Of a stretch of 64,000 nt of DNA, positions 23,929 through 31,838 are shown piece after piece (position 1 is the first letter of the stretch; each line of letters begins with the position of its first letter). A program made the position numbers and the translations under genes. This stretch comes from an uncultured Alphaproteobacteria bacterium (GTDB lineage: Bacteria; Pseudomonadota; Alphaproteobacteria; Rs-D84): assembly GCA_934255455.1 (NCBI GenBank), contig CAKQNS010000003.1:38666-102665 (forward strand), written 5' to 3'. Under the pieces are notes generated by a model, which ran no database searches, was not told where the DNA came from, and saw nothing but the letters and a program-made list of their open reading frames with translations.

Positions 23929-26643
23929 TTACAAGCCTTTGGGCAAATTGGTCAGTTCGGTATTAAAGGTGCATGTGTCTTTGTTCTCTGTTTTTTTACC
24001 ACCAATCGGACATACTTGATTGCCAGACGATAACACCAACTGTGTGCACCATGCAGTGACATCAGTTTTCGTTTTATCTGCCGGATAAGTAATAGTAGAA
24101 TCATTATCAGTGTCTGTGATTTTAACTTCTTTTGTAATTTGTGCTGTTGTTGTGTGGTCGGCGCTACAATTAACACCATCTTTGGCTGTTGTGCTTTGTA
24201 GCGGTATTGCTGCCTCGCACTTGGTGCTGGCGCCCCATTTGCTGCGGCGACCACCATTTTCCCAACACAGACAAGCGCCCCATGATTGCGTGTCAACACT
24301 TTGTGTGTAGCCGCGTGGACACATATCTTCACCAACAAACAGACCGTACATTTCTACAAGATCTAGTCCCCCAGAGGTATTGTTGTATTTAGAGTTTTTA
24401 AAATTGGCCAGACAGAAATTATTACTATTATATAATCCCAAATCAATGAATTTATATTCCAAAAACCGCCCCTCAACATTGGAACATTGGATAATCAGGG
24501 TATCCAAAATCTGGTTATATATTTCAGTTGCAACGCCAATTGGGCGTGGTGTCCGATTATTGAATGGAATAATTTTTTGTGGGGTTGATCTGCCGTTGCC
24601 TTTTTGGCCGTCATAGTATATTTCTGAAGCAGGGTCAGAAATAAGACCATACCCTTTTTCCACATTGAGATCATCGTCTTTTGCTATGTATGCCTTGGTT
24701 TGGGTATCGTTTGCAACATATCGCACAATATTCGCGCGGTTAAACCCGCCAAATGCCCGTTCCAACATATCGTTGCTGCTGCATGACGAAATTTTTTTCA
24801 ATTGTTGGGCACATGGTGATACCAGTTTTTCTTGGTTGGGTTCTGTACCTTTATACTCATACAATGTAAACCAATCCAGCGCAGCGCCAGATTTGAACAG
24901 GCCACTGGATGGATAATAGAAATTTTGATACCCACTGCTCCCAAATTTATCAAAGCATTGTTTTGCAACCGCACGGCACGCCGCCAATGTGTCGACATCT
25001 TTGCGGTTCTCAATATATTTTGCAATTATGCCGTTGCCGGTATTGTCACCAAACATCTTGTCGCATGATGTGATGTAGTCATTGCACATATTGTTTGATA
25101 ATGTGATTTTATCTGGTTGCAGTACCAACGCAGAATCGGTGGATAATTCTTTCATCGCGGCGGTCAGTGCGGTTTCGTTGTTGATATAGCACGACGATAC
25201 GAAATCAAAACAGCCCTGTTGAATTTCTTTGACCTTGGATTGTTGGGAATAATATATGGTCAACAAAGCCTTGTCCAAATATTCGGCCCATGCGGTATCG
25301 GCTTGTTCCGTGCATTTATCCAGTGCCGGTTGGGCGAATTTCTTTACCTTGTTTTCAAATGCTTGAACAAATGTGCGGTTTGCGTTGACCTTGGATAATT
25401 TTTGGTTTGCCGCATCGACACCATCGGCAAATTTTAACATTTCGCCCAGTTCGTAAAAACGTTCAACACCCGCAATGGGTTTCCCGGTTGAAATATCAAT
25501 AAATTCGCCGTTATCCAGACATTTGTGATAATTTGCACCACATACTTCCTCGCTTAATATGGCGGCCTCGACATTGTTGATACATGTTGTTAAATCGGAT
25601 GAATTGTGGTTTTGGCGGTTTTCGACACGCGCCAAATCCAACATAGCACTGCTTTCGCGAATGGCCGATTTGATTTTTTTCTGTTTGGTTTCGATTGCTG
25701 TTTGAACGGCATTGCAATCTTGTTCAATCGCCATCAGATACGCGTTTATCGCGCGTTGTAATGCGGCGTCACTGCAATCGGCGCGAACGGCACTGCGACA
25801 CTGGGGATATACGGCACTGTACAGGTTTTTGCCGTTGTACGCGGCGACCGCCGCGCCGGCATCCAGTGTGCCAAACGAATTGGTTGTGTCAAATGCCAGA
25901 CTGATACTGTTCAAATCGGCGTATTTGCCACCAACGGTCGTGTCCTCGCCCTTGATAGAATTCATAATGGCCTGTAATAATGCCTTGGATGCCGATTTAT
26001 CCGATGTCAGTGCGTTTTCGCCCTCGGACGCGGTTTTCATGGCCGATGCCTGGGCGGCGGTCATACCAACTGTATCCAGGTTTTCATTAAACACGGTCAG
26101 TTTATCACTGGCATCCTGCATTACATTGCGAATTTCGGCCAATTCCAGAACGCGGTCACTGCACGAGCACCGGCGATAATCGTCGTTTTTCAATTGGCAA
26201 AATTGGTCCATACATGTGAAAAACGCCGTTTTGCATTGTTCGTATGCGGCACCTGTGCGCGTTTCAGACATGGCGGTTGTGGTCGTGTCGGTGGCGCGTG
26301 CGGTGACCGATTTTGTTTGTGTGGTCGCATTGCTGGCGGCTGGCGTCCTTTGCGATGTTGCGGCGCGCGATACGACCGGCTGAGTGGTCTGGGTGGTGGT
26401 GGCGCGTGATGAAATTGTGCGATTATTTGTTGACGATGTCGTTTTGGCGCGTGCATTGCGTGCGGTGGTGTTTGTGCCAATGCGCGCCCCACCTGTGCGA
26501 CCACCGGTCGATTTGACGGTCGTATTTACACGTTGTTGCGATGCAGACGCCGCGCGAGCCGTGGCATTGCCATCACGCACAGCCGCGTCGGCAATACCGA
26601 TGCACAGCATCCATGAACATAAAAACGACAGAATTTTCTTCAT
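23929..26643 (-). CDS. large exported cysteine-rich protein (904 aa), unknown function
   Basis: Signal peptide ending ADA|A. A ~110-aa basic S/T/R/A-rich low-complexity linker follows, then a long region with many paired Cys (YEQCKTAFFTCMDQFCQLKNDDYRRCSC ...). No family recognised. Confidence 0.8.
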   Translation of the reverse strand: MKKILSFLCSWMLCIGIADAAVRDGNATARAASASQQRVNTTVKSTGGRTGGARIGTNTTARNARAKTTSSTNNRTISSRATTTQTTQPVVSRAATSQRTPAASNATTQTKSVTARATDTTTTAMSETRTGAAYEQCKTAFFTCMDQFCQLKNDDYRRCSCSDRVLELAEIRNVMQDASDKLTVFNENLDTVGMTAAQASAMKTASEGENALTSDKSASKALLQAIMNSIKGEDTTVGGKYADLNSISLAFDTTNSFGTLDAGAAVAAYNGKNLYSAVYPQCRSAVRADCSDAALQRAINAYLMAIEQDCNAVQTAIETKQKKIKSAIRESSAMLDLARVENRQNHNSSDLTTCINNVEAAILSEEVCGANYHKCLDNGEFIDISTGKPIAGVERFYELGEMLKFADGVDAANQKLSKVNANRTFVQAFENKVKKFAQPALDKCTEQADTAWAEYLDKALLTIYYSQQSKVKEIQQGCFDFVSSCYINNETALTAAMKELSTDSALVLQPDKITLSNNMCNDYITSCDKMFGDNTGNGIIAKYIENRKDVDTLAACRAVAKQCFDKFGSSGYQNFYYPSSGLFKSGAALDWFTLYEYKGTEPNQEKLVSPCAQQLKKISSCSSNDMLERAFGGFNRANIVRYVANDTQTKAYIAKDDDLNVEKGYGLISDPASEIYYDGQKGNGRSTPQKIIPFNNRTPRPIGVATEIYNQILDTLIIQCSNVEGRFLEYKFIDLGLYNSNNFCLANFKNSKYNNTSGGLDLVEMYGLFVGEDMCPRGYTQSVDTQSWGACLCWENGGRRSKWGASTKCEAAIPLQSTTAKDGVNCSADHTTTAQITKEVKITDTDNDSTITYPADKTKTDVTAWCTQLVLSSGNQVCPIGGKKTENKDTCTFNTELTNLPKGL

Positions 26644-26726
26644 CTCTGATTGAATGTTAGCAAAATTGCGAAAATCAGAGCAAGCGAAAAAACATAAAAA
26701 AACACCGACATCGGTGTGATAAAATA

Positions 26727-26803
26727 TGGTGGATGTGATTGGACTCGAACCAACGACCTCTTCGATGTGAACGAAGCGCTCTAACCAACTGAGCTACACA
26801 TCC
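26727..26803 (-). tRNA. tRNA-Val (anticodon CAC)
   Basis: Reverse complement reads GGATGTGTAGCTCAGTTGGTTAGAGCGCTTCGTTCACATCGAAGAGGTCGTTGGTTCGAGTCCAATCACATCCACCA. Confidence 0.9.
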
Positions 26804-26818
26804 GAAATCGGAACACCT

Positions 26819-26905
26819 TGGTGGGGATAGTGGGACTTGAACCCACACGGTCGCAATGACCAAAGGATTTTAAGTCCTCAGCGTCTACCATTCCGCCATA
26901 TCCCC
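26819..26905 (-). tRNA. tRNA-Leu (anticodon UAA)
   Basis: Reverse complement reads GGGGATATGGCGGAATGGTAGACGCTGAGGACTTAAAATCCTTTGGTCATTGCGACCGTGTGGGTTCAAGTCCCACTATCCCCACCA. Long variable arm. Confidence 0.9.
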
Positions 26906-27067
26906 AAAACCGTGTGCCGTAAAATTCTAGTCCGTTCGCCCCCACACGTCAAGCGGAAATTGCGAATTTTTTTAATAGAGTTTTCGCATGGCGATATAAA
27001 TGGGGGTCTGGAATAGATAAAATATAAAAACACTACATCAATAAATGCGGTGGTTTTTATTCTGAAA

Positions 27068-27589
27068 TTATTCCATGATAAGCAAAACCAACCACAAAAG
27101 TCCTATTATTGCTATCAGCCACATCATTTTGAAAACAAAAGATACTGAACCACGCACAACACGTGAATCCAGCACAGTCGTCACAGCATTCATTGTTGTT
27201 GCCGCCGATACAACAAATGCTTTGTCAATTGCATTGTCGGGCAACTCTTCTTTGTGAAATTTAACTTTGGGAAGGGGTTGTCTTTCCTTTTTAGTTTCTG
27301 TTTTGCCAAAAATTGCCAAACATAGTGCAATAAACCATCCAAAAGGTATAATCCATATAAACGACAGCCAATATACAGTGTTGCGTTTGACTGTTTTTCT
27401 AGAATCCGCGATTAGTGGTGGAATCAGTAAAACAAAGCTGATTATGACTGCTCTTGCAATAAAAAATTCTTCATGTCCGTATAACCGAGCTTGGGGTATG
27501 GCATAAATCCATAACATTGCAGCACTTATCAACCAATACCAACCCCAAGGAGTGTATTGCGTTGTTTTAATGTTTTGTTCTTTTTTCAT
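27068..27589 (-). CDS. membrane protein (173 aa), unknown function; low-GC island
   Basis: Four predicted TM helices. Last gene of the island operon. Confidence 0.6.
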   Translation of the reverse strand: MKKEQNIKTTQYTPWGWYWLISAAMLWIYAIPQARLYGHEEFFIARAVIISFVLLIPPLIADSRKTVKRNTVYWLSFIWIIPFGWFIALCLAIFGKTETKKERQPLPKVKFHKEELPDNAIDKAFVVSAATTMNAVTTVLDSRVVRGSVSFVFKMMWLIAIIGLLWLVLLIME

Positions 27590-27601
27590 TTTTCTTTCCT
27601 T

Positions 27602-29725
27602 TTATTTTGATGCGTTTATTGATTTTATCAATCCATTTATTGCAGACGGTAATACAGATTGCATGTCTAGTGCCTGGCATAATTCTTGTTTAGTCACGCC
27701 AACCTGCAAGCGCAGCATTTCCAAAGAAAAATATGCAAGTTCCGCTGATTCATTTGATTGTAAGAACTCGTAATGCATACACGATGCGTATTCGTTACCC
27801 ATGATACGTTTTAATTGATTTTGGGCGTCTTTCTTGTATGGGGCTATATCTTTTTGAAATTGTCTTATAAATTTATATGGCACAGAGTATTCTGCACAAT
27901 ATTTTGGCAGCCAGTACGTTATGGTGGCGTCAGTATGAAAAACTGTATACGCCCATAAAGCATCACGACTTTGTTTGAAACGCTGGGTTTGCGCATCGTC
28001 TTTCAGACACGCAGAACCAGTTTTCATGTTGTTTGCCAGTTGATTCAGCAATTTGTCATAATTCCCCTGTTTTACGTCCGTTTGAACTCTAAATACTTCT
28101 TTTTCAACCTCCGTCCAAATATCATCATCTGGATTAGTATGGTCTTCCCATTTGTCTAGACACTTGAAGCTGTTCATAAATTGCCAGAATACTGGTTTAG
28201 AATCATCAAATAGCACACGTGCATCGTTTTCATTGCCAGCAATTGTCATACATACTAGTGTAATTATAGTGTTTTTATACCCAACTATTGTATATAATGC
28301 TTTTGAATAAAATTTTATACCGACTTGCTCATAAGCATGCTCAGCTTCAATCATTAATGCGGGATTGGCGTCTGCTTGTGTGAATATTGAGCGCAAAATG
28401 TTGATTTTGTTTTCCAACAATCCATTCTTGATATCCGGCTCTAAGAGCACATACCTCCATTCATACGGCGACAAATTTTCTCCAACATCTATAATATTAA
28501 TAACACACGTGCGTCCGCGGCGTTCACCTGGACTGTTATATTTTTTATCATTAAATTTATATAAATTATTTGGGCTAATGCCGGGTTGTGGCTCCCACGT
28601 CTCTGGATATTCCACACGAATCTTGCGACCGTGTGTTTTCGGATCATTAGGATCAGATGTGTAAACACGCATATTTTTACTGAATGTCGGCTGTTTCACT
28701 TGTTGTGTGTATGTTTTTTTATACGGTTGGGGCGCGGTCGTCTGTAATTGTTCTAATACTTTTGCATCTATTTTTGCACGATTATTATTTGTTGATGGGT
28801 TTATTGTCGTGCTTTTTGTGTCTTCTGGAACGTATGTTGCAGGCGTGGCAACGCCACGCGTGAAGATACTATTTAACATGGAGTTTTTTGGAGCTTCGCG
28901 CATCCTGTAATAGCCCATATAATCGTATTCGGGCAATTTCCCTTCCGCACGCAAAAGTTGCCATTCGGTTTTTGGGTTATTGGGATCAGATGTGTAAACG
29001 CGCATATTTTTACTGAATGTTGGTTGGTTCACTTGTTGGGTGTATGTTTTTTTATACAGTTGGGGCGTGGCTGTCTGTAATTGTTCTAATACCTTTGCCT
29101 CTATTTTTGCACGATCATTATTTGTTGATGGGTTTGTCGTCGCACTTTTTGTGTCTTTGGGAACGTATGTTGCGGGCATGGCAACCCCACGCGTGAAAAC
29201 ACTATTTAACATGGATGGTTTGGGGGCCTCGCGCATCCTGTAATATCCCAGATAATCATAATCAGGAACCTCGTTCGTAAACACCATCATTTGCCATGCG
29301 GCCTTGTCTGGCTGTGTGGTGTTTAGTTTTGCATATTTCCCCAATGCCGGAAGATACATGTCAAACGGTATGACCTCTTTGTATCTTTCCACTGGGTCCA
29401 AGAAGAACGGGTCGCCGCGCTCGCCAGTTATAGGCCGACGAGCCCCCGCAACCCCAGCAAGGTTGCCCTGGCCATCGGATTTATAACCTGTTGAAAAATC
29501 AATCAGACCGCTTTCATCTTCTGGATTTACCTGTTCGACCCGCATTGGGTCATGCGTGCGAATATTTGTTGCGGGCAACACATCGTGCAGCGGGACCTTT
29601 GTCTTTTTTGCGGCCTGCAATGTAGGCTCGTGGGCACTGTATGATGATGCAATCGCCGACCAAGATAAAATTGATTGTAGTGCAGTACTAAAAAACAATG
29701 TTGATATAACGTATGCATATTTCAT
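27602..29725 (-). CDS. exported protein (707 aa) with a tandem 111-aa repeat, unknown function; low-GC island
   Basis: Signal peptide MKYAYVISTLFFSTALQS, two near-identical 111-aa repeats, and a C-terminal ~340-aa domain without recognisable motifs. Confidence 0.75.
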   Translation of the reverse strand: MKYAYVISTLFFSTALQSILSWSAIASSYSAHEPTLQAAKKTKVPLHDVLPATNIRTHDPMRVEQVNPEDESGLIDFSTGYKSDGQGNLAGVAGARRPITGERGDPFFLDPVERYKEVIPFDMYLPALGKYAKLNTTQPDKAAWQMMVFTNEVPDYDYLGYYRMREAPKPSMLNSVFTRGVAMPATYVPKDTKSATTNPSTNNDRAKIEAKVLEQLQTATPQLYKKTYTQQVNQPTFSKNMRVYTSDPNNPKTEWQLLRAEGKLPEYDYMGYYRMREAPKNSMLNSIFTRGVATPATYVPEDTKSTTINPSTNNNRAKIDAKVLEQLQTTAPQPYKKTYTQQVKQPTFSKNMRVYTSDPNDPKTHGRKIRVEYPETWEPQPGISPNNLYKFNDKKYNSPGERRGRTCVINIIDVGENLSPYEWRYVLLEPDIKNGLLENKINILRSIFTQADANPALMIEAEHAYEQVGIKFYSKALYTIVGYKNTIITLVCMTIAGNENDARVLFDDSKPVFWQFMNSFKCLDKWEDHTNPDDDIWTEVEKEVFRVQTDVKQGNYDKLLNQLANNMKTGSACLKDDAQTQRFKQSRDALWAYTVFHTDATITYWLPKYCAEYSVPYKFIRQFQKDIAPYKKDAQNQLKRIMGNEYASCMHYEFLQSNESAELAYFSLEMLRLQVGVTKQELCQALDMQSVLPSAINGLIKSINASK
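28634..29266 (-). repeat. tandem 333-bp intragenic duplication
   Basis: P(D/E)YDY(L/M)GYYRMREAPK ... NMRVYTSDPN(N/D)PKT occurs twice. The antisense pseudo-ORFs 28707..28910 and 29040..29243 are offset by exactly 333 nt. Confidence 0.85.
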
Positions 29726-29764
29726 AATTTTTCCTCTTTTTATTTGGATTTTTTCTCATTATCA

Positions 29765-30295
29765 CTACGCTTTACGGTAGTGTCTGTGTATTCGGAAACA
29801 AACATTAACAATCAACAAAAACAACATAATTGGGCTTATAGCTGCCAGTATGTATCCGACCTGTTCGGCCACATCGGCATCATGGTCTCTCGGTAATGGC
29901 TCCCCCTGGTTTAACAAGTCCAAATATTTTTGAGCTCTATTTACAACCAAGTTTGAACTTTTTCTATTTTCAGCTTCAACCTGTGCCAGCATTTTGGTTG
30001 ATGCCTCTTTTGAAAATATTCCAACTATCGCCGATGGGAAATACGCATATGTTGACGCGGTTGCTCGGTGATACCCTTTCATAAATGCGGACCACAAGTC
30101 TTCCTTGAAATCCTCTGCCGGCATGTACTCATAACCGAAAAAGTTCTCTTCAGGGACATCAAAATAATCATGTGCGATAATCATAGAACCCTTGTCTATC
30201 GGTGGTGATGTAAATGCGCCCGCTGAAGAACCAACTATACCGACTGCAAACACAGCACTAAAAATCAAGGTTGATATAATTTGTAAATATTTCAT
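29765..30295 (-). CDS. exported, C-terminally anchored protein (176 aa), unknown function; low-GC island
   Basis: Start chosen at MKYLQIISTLIFS, which has a GGGAGA Shine-Dalgarno sequence 8 nt upstream. The signal peptide resembles that of the 707-aa protein. C-terminal TM ILAAISPIMLFLLIVNV. Confidence 0.6.
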   Translation of the reverse strand: MKYLQIISTLIFSAVFAVGIVGSSAGAFTSPPIDKGSMIIAHDYFDVPEENFFGYEYMPAEDFKEDLWSAFMKGYHRATASTYAYFPSAIVGIFSKEASTKMLAQVEAENRKSSNLVVNRAQKYLDLLNQGEPLPRDHDADVAEQVGYILAAISPIMLFLLIVNVCFRIHRHYRKA

Positions 30296-30311
30296 ATTGT
30301 TTTCTCCCATC

Positions 30312-30337
30312 AAAAAACCGCCAAAGCGAATTGGCGG
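30312..30337 (-). terminator. intrinsic terminator immediately upstream of the island operon Shine-Dalgarno sequence
   Basis: The minus strand reads CCGCCAA-TTCGCT-TTGGCGG followed by TTTTTT. The GGGAGA Shine-Dalgarno sequence follows 3 nt after the T-run (TTTTTT-GAT-GGGAGA). Confidence 0.6.
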
Positions 30338-30520
30338 TCGGGCGTTTTCAAAATCATACTGTAAATGATCCTGTTGCTTTCAATATATAACAACAGACGC
30401 CCAACCAGACAGTCAGGCATTTCGATGCGAGGCATCATAAACATTCGGATTACGATGCAATCGCACCGTACAGTATGGGCTTTGAATGACCCGAACCCAA
30501 TTCCCATTGGATTCCCCGTA

Positions 30521-30549
30521 ATTATATCAGGATTATTACCCCATGTAAA
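30521..30549 (-). promoter_or_regulatory. sigma70-like promoter driving a ~220-nt leader of the island operon
   Basis: Minus strand: TTTACA, 17-nt spacer, TATAAT. Confidence 0.45.
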
Positions 30550-30632
30550 GCAACGCGGGTAGCAAAATTTCACACTGGCGCATTTTCCCCTTGCAAAAGG
30601 TGCAAAGTTAGTATAACATAAGCACCGCAATT

Positions 30633-30719
30633 GCGGATATGGCGGAATTGGTAGACGCGCTAGTTTCAGGTACTAGTGGCAGCAATGCCTTGGAAGTTCG
30701 AGTCTTCTTATCCGCACCA
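30633..30719 (+). tRNA. tRNA-Leu (anticodon CAG)
   Basis: GCGGATATGGCGGAATTGGTAGACGCGCTAGTTTCAGGTACTAGTGGCAGCAATGCCTTGGAAGTTCGAGTCTTCTTATCCGCACCA. Long variable arm. Confidence 0.9.
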
Positions 30720-30725
30720 AGTTTT

Positions 30726-30801
30726 GGGGTTGTAGCTCAGTTGATAGAGCGCTACGTTCGCATCGTAGAGGTCGTGGGTTTGAGTCCCATCAGCTCCACC
30801 A
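30726..30801 (+). tRNA. tRNA-Ala (anticodon CGC)
   Basis: GGGGTTGTAGCTCAGTTGATAGAGCGCTACGTTCGCATCGTAGAGGTCGTGGGTTTGAGTCCCATCAGCTCCACCA. G3:U70 identity pair is present. Confidence 0.9.
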
Positions 30802-30810
30802 TAAAAATTC

Positions 30811-30833
30811 AAACGCCGTTTATCGGCGTTTTT
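30811..30833 (+). terminator. terminator after the tRNA-Leu/Ala pair
   Basis: AAACGCCG-TTTA-TCGGCGTTTTT. Confidence 0.7.
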
Positions 30834-30840
30834 ATTTTTC

Positions 30841-30912
30841 CCGGGGCGGGACAAGAACCCACGGACGTGGGTTTGTACCGCCGCAAAAAGGCAGACGGGA
30901 GTATACCGGTTT
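30841..30912 (+). other. tRNA-Ala-proximal module (element C), related to elements A and B
   Basis: Inverted imperfect copy of the tRNA-Ala T-arm (GGGACAAGAACCCACGGAC), the hairpin AACCCAC-GGAC-GTGGGTT, then AAGGCAGACGGGAGTATACCGGTT, which nearly matches AAGGCAGACGGCAGTATGCCGGTT in element B. Confidence 0.35.
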
Positions 30913-31149
30913 ATGTTTTCGGCCGTTTATGCTTGTATTTTCGTATCAGATATTGTATAATTCCCAGTGCAATGGCGGGTTGCCATTGTGGGGTTTAAGA
31001 GCCCGGTATAGAGCGTCCGAGATGACGATACATCTCCAACCAAACCGGTTGGAGGGCGTGAATATATTGAATAAGCGCACTATACTCTATTATAGCTCTT
31101 AACCTCCAACCACCTGAATTTTCTGGTGGTTTTCTTTTTGGGGTGCAAT

Positions 31150-31386
31150 ATGAGAATTGGACTGGAAATAGAACAAATCCGCCAGGAATTGGGATTGTCG
31201 GTTGTATTTATGTGCAACGCAATGGATTTAACAACGGGCGAATATCAAAGACTGTTATGCGGTCGGTACCGATTAAATATATTCCAATTGATTGGCTTTA
31301 TCGGTGCAACCTGTCGCCCTTTGCCGTTGAACGAACATCCGTCGCTGCTCTATCCCGCCACAACACAAAGAAAAGTTGGTAAGTGA
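31150..31386 (+). CDS. small putative HTH (XRE-like) protein (78 aa)
   Basis: IEQIRQELGLSVVFMCNAMDLTTGEYQRLLCGR weakly resembles an XRE helix-turn-helix. Start chosen at MRIGLE. Confidence 0.35.
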   Translation: MRIGLEIEQIRQELGLSVVFMCNAMDLTTGEYQRLLCGRYRLNIFQLIGFIGATCRPLPLNEHPSLLYPATTQRKVGK

Positions 31387-31407
31387 TATAGTGATGAAGT
31401 GATAGAG
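31382..31407 (+). repeat. 3-unit octamer array, AGTGATAG type
   Basis: AGTGATAT AGTGATGA AGTGATAG AG, directly before the terminator at 31417. Confidence 0.6.
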
Positions 31408-31416
31408 TTTTAGAAT

Positions 31417-31446
31417 AAAAAAAAACGCGCCGGTGGCGCGTGTTTT
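31417..31446. terminator. bidirectional terminator
   Basis: AAAAAAAAACGCGCC-GGT-GGCGCGTGTTTT. Confidence 0.7.
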
Positions 31447-31762
31447 ATCGCAAACCCATTGCGCGACAGCATGCCGATGCGCCACTGCGCCAATCGGAAT
31501 ATTGTTCGGTTGGGTTGCGCAGGCTGCGCCACGGTTGCCACCCGTTGCATTTTTTCGCGGCCCCCGTCCCCGTGCATTTGACATAGCGACGCAAACTGCA
31601 TGTTTGGTCGGAAACCTTGCCCATATCGGTGGTGCATTTTACAACCACATTCTGATTGCGGGCATCGTTTTTACCCAATTCCTTGGATGATAAAACCTGG
31701 TACGCAGATGCGGTGCATACCGATGTTAAAACAATCATAAATGCCATCATAAAGCGTTTCAT
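31445..31762 (-). CDS. small exported cysteine-containing protein (105 aa)
   Basis: Signal peptide ending ASA|Y; eight Cys in the mature part. Confidence 0.55.
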   Translation of the reverse strand: MKRFMMAFMIVLTSVCTASAYQVLSSKELGKNDARNQNVVVKCTTDMGKVSDQTCSLRRYVKCTGTGAAKKCNGWQPWRSLRNPTEQYSDWRSGASACCRAMGLR

Positions 31763-31838
31763 GGTGCCCCCTGTCCTGTTTTCTGTTGTTATTCATATTA
31801 TAAGAATTCGTGGCGATAATTACAATGGGAAAATTTTA

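Noticed and set aside
26675-26863. 62-aa minus-strand ORF.
   Set aside because: It lies entirely over the tRNA-Val and tRNA-Leu genes.
30310-30630. 106-aa minus-strand ORF upstream of the low-GC island.
   Set aside because: It spans a predicted promoter and an intrinsic terminator, is Cys/Arg-rich, and ends in the Shine-Dalgarno region of the next gene. It is more likely a non-coding leader. Only a possible short leader peptide is retained, as a comment.
30639-30998. 119-aa ORF, together with the similar ORFs 39857..40114 and 3861..4046.
   Set aside because: These ORFs read straight through tRNA genes and their trailers. The three trailers are conserved at the nucleotide level, but their translations are not conserved, so they are non-coding.
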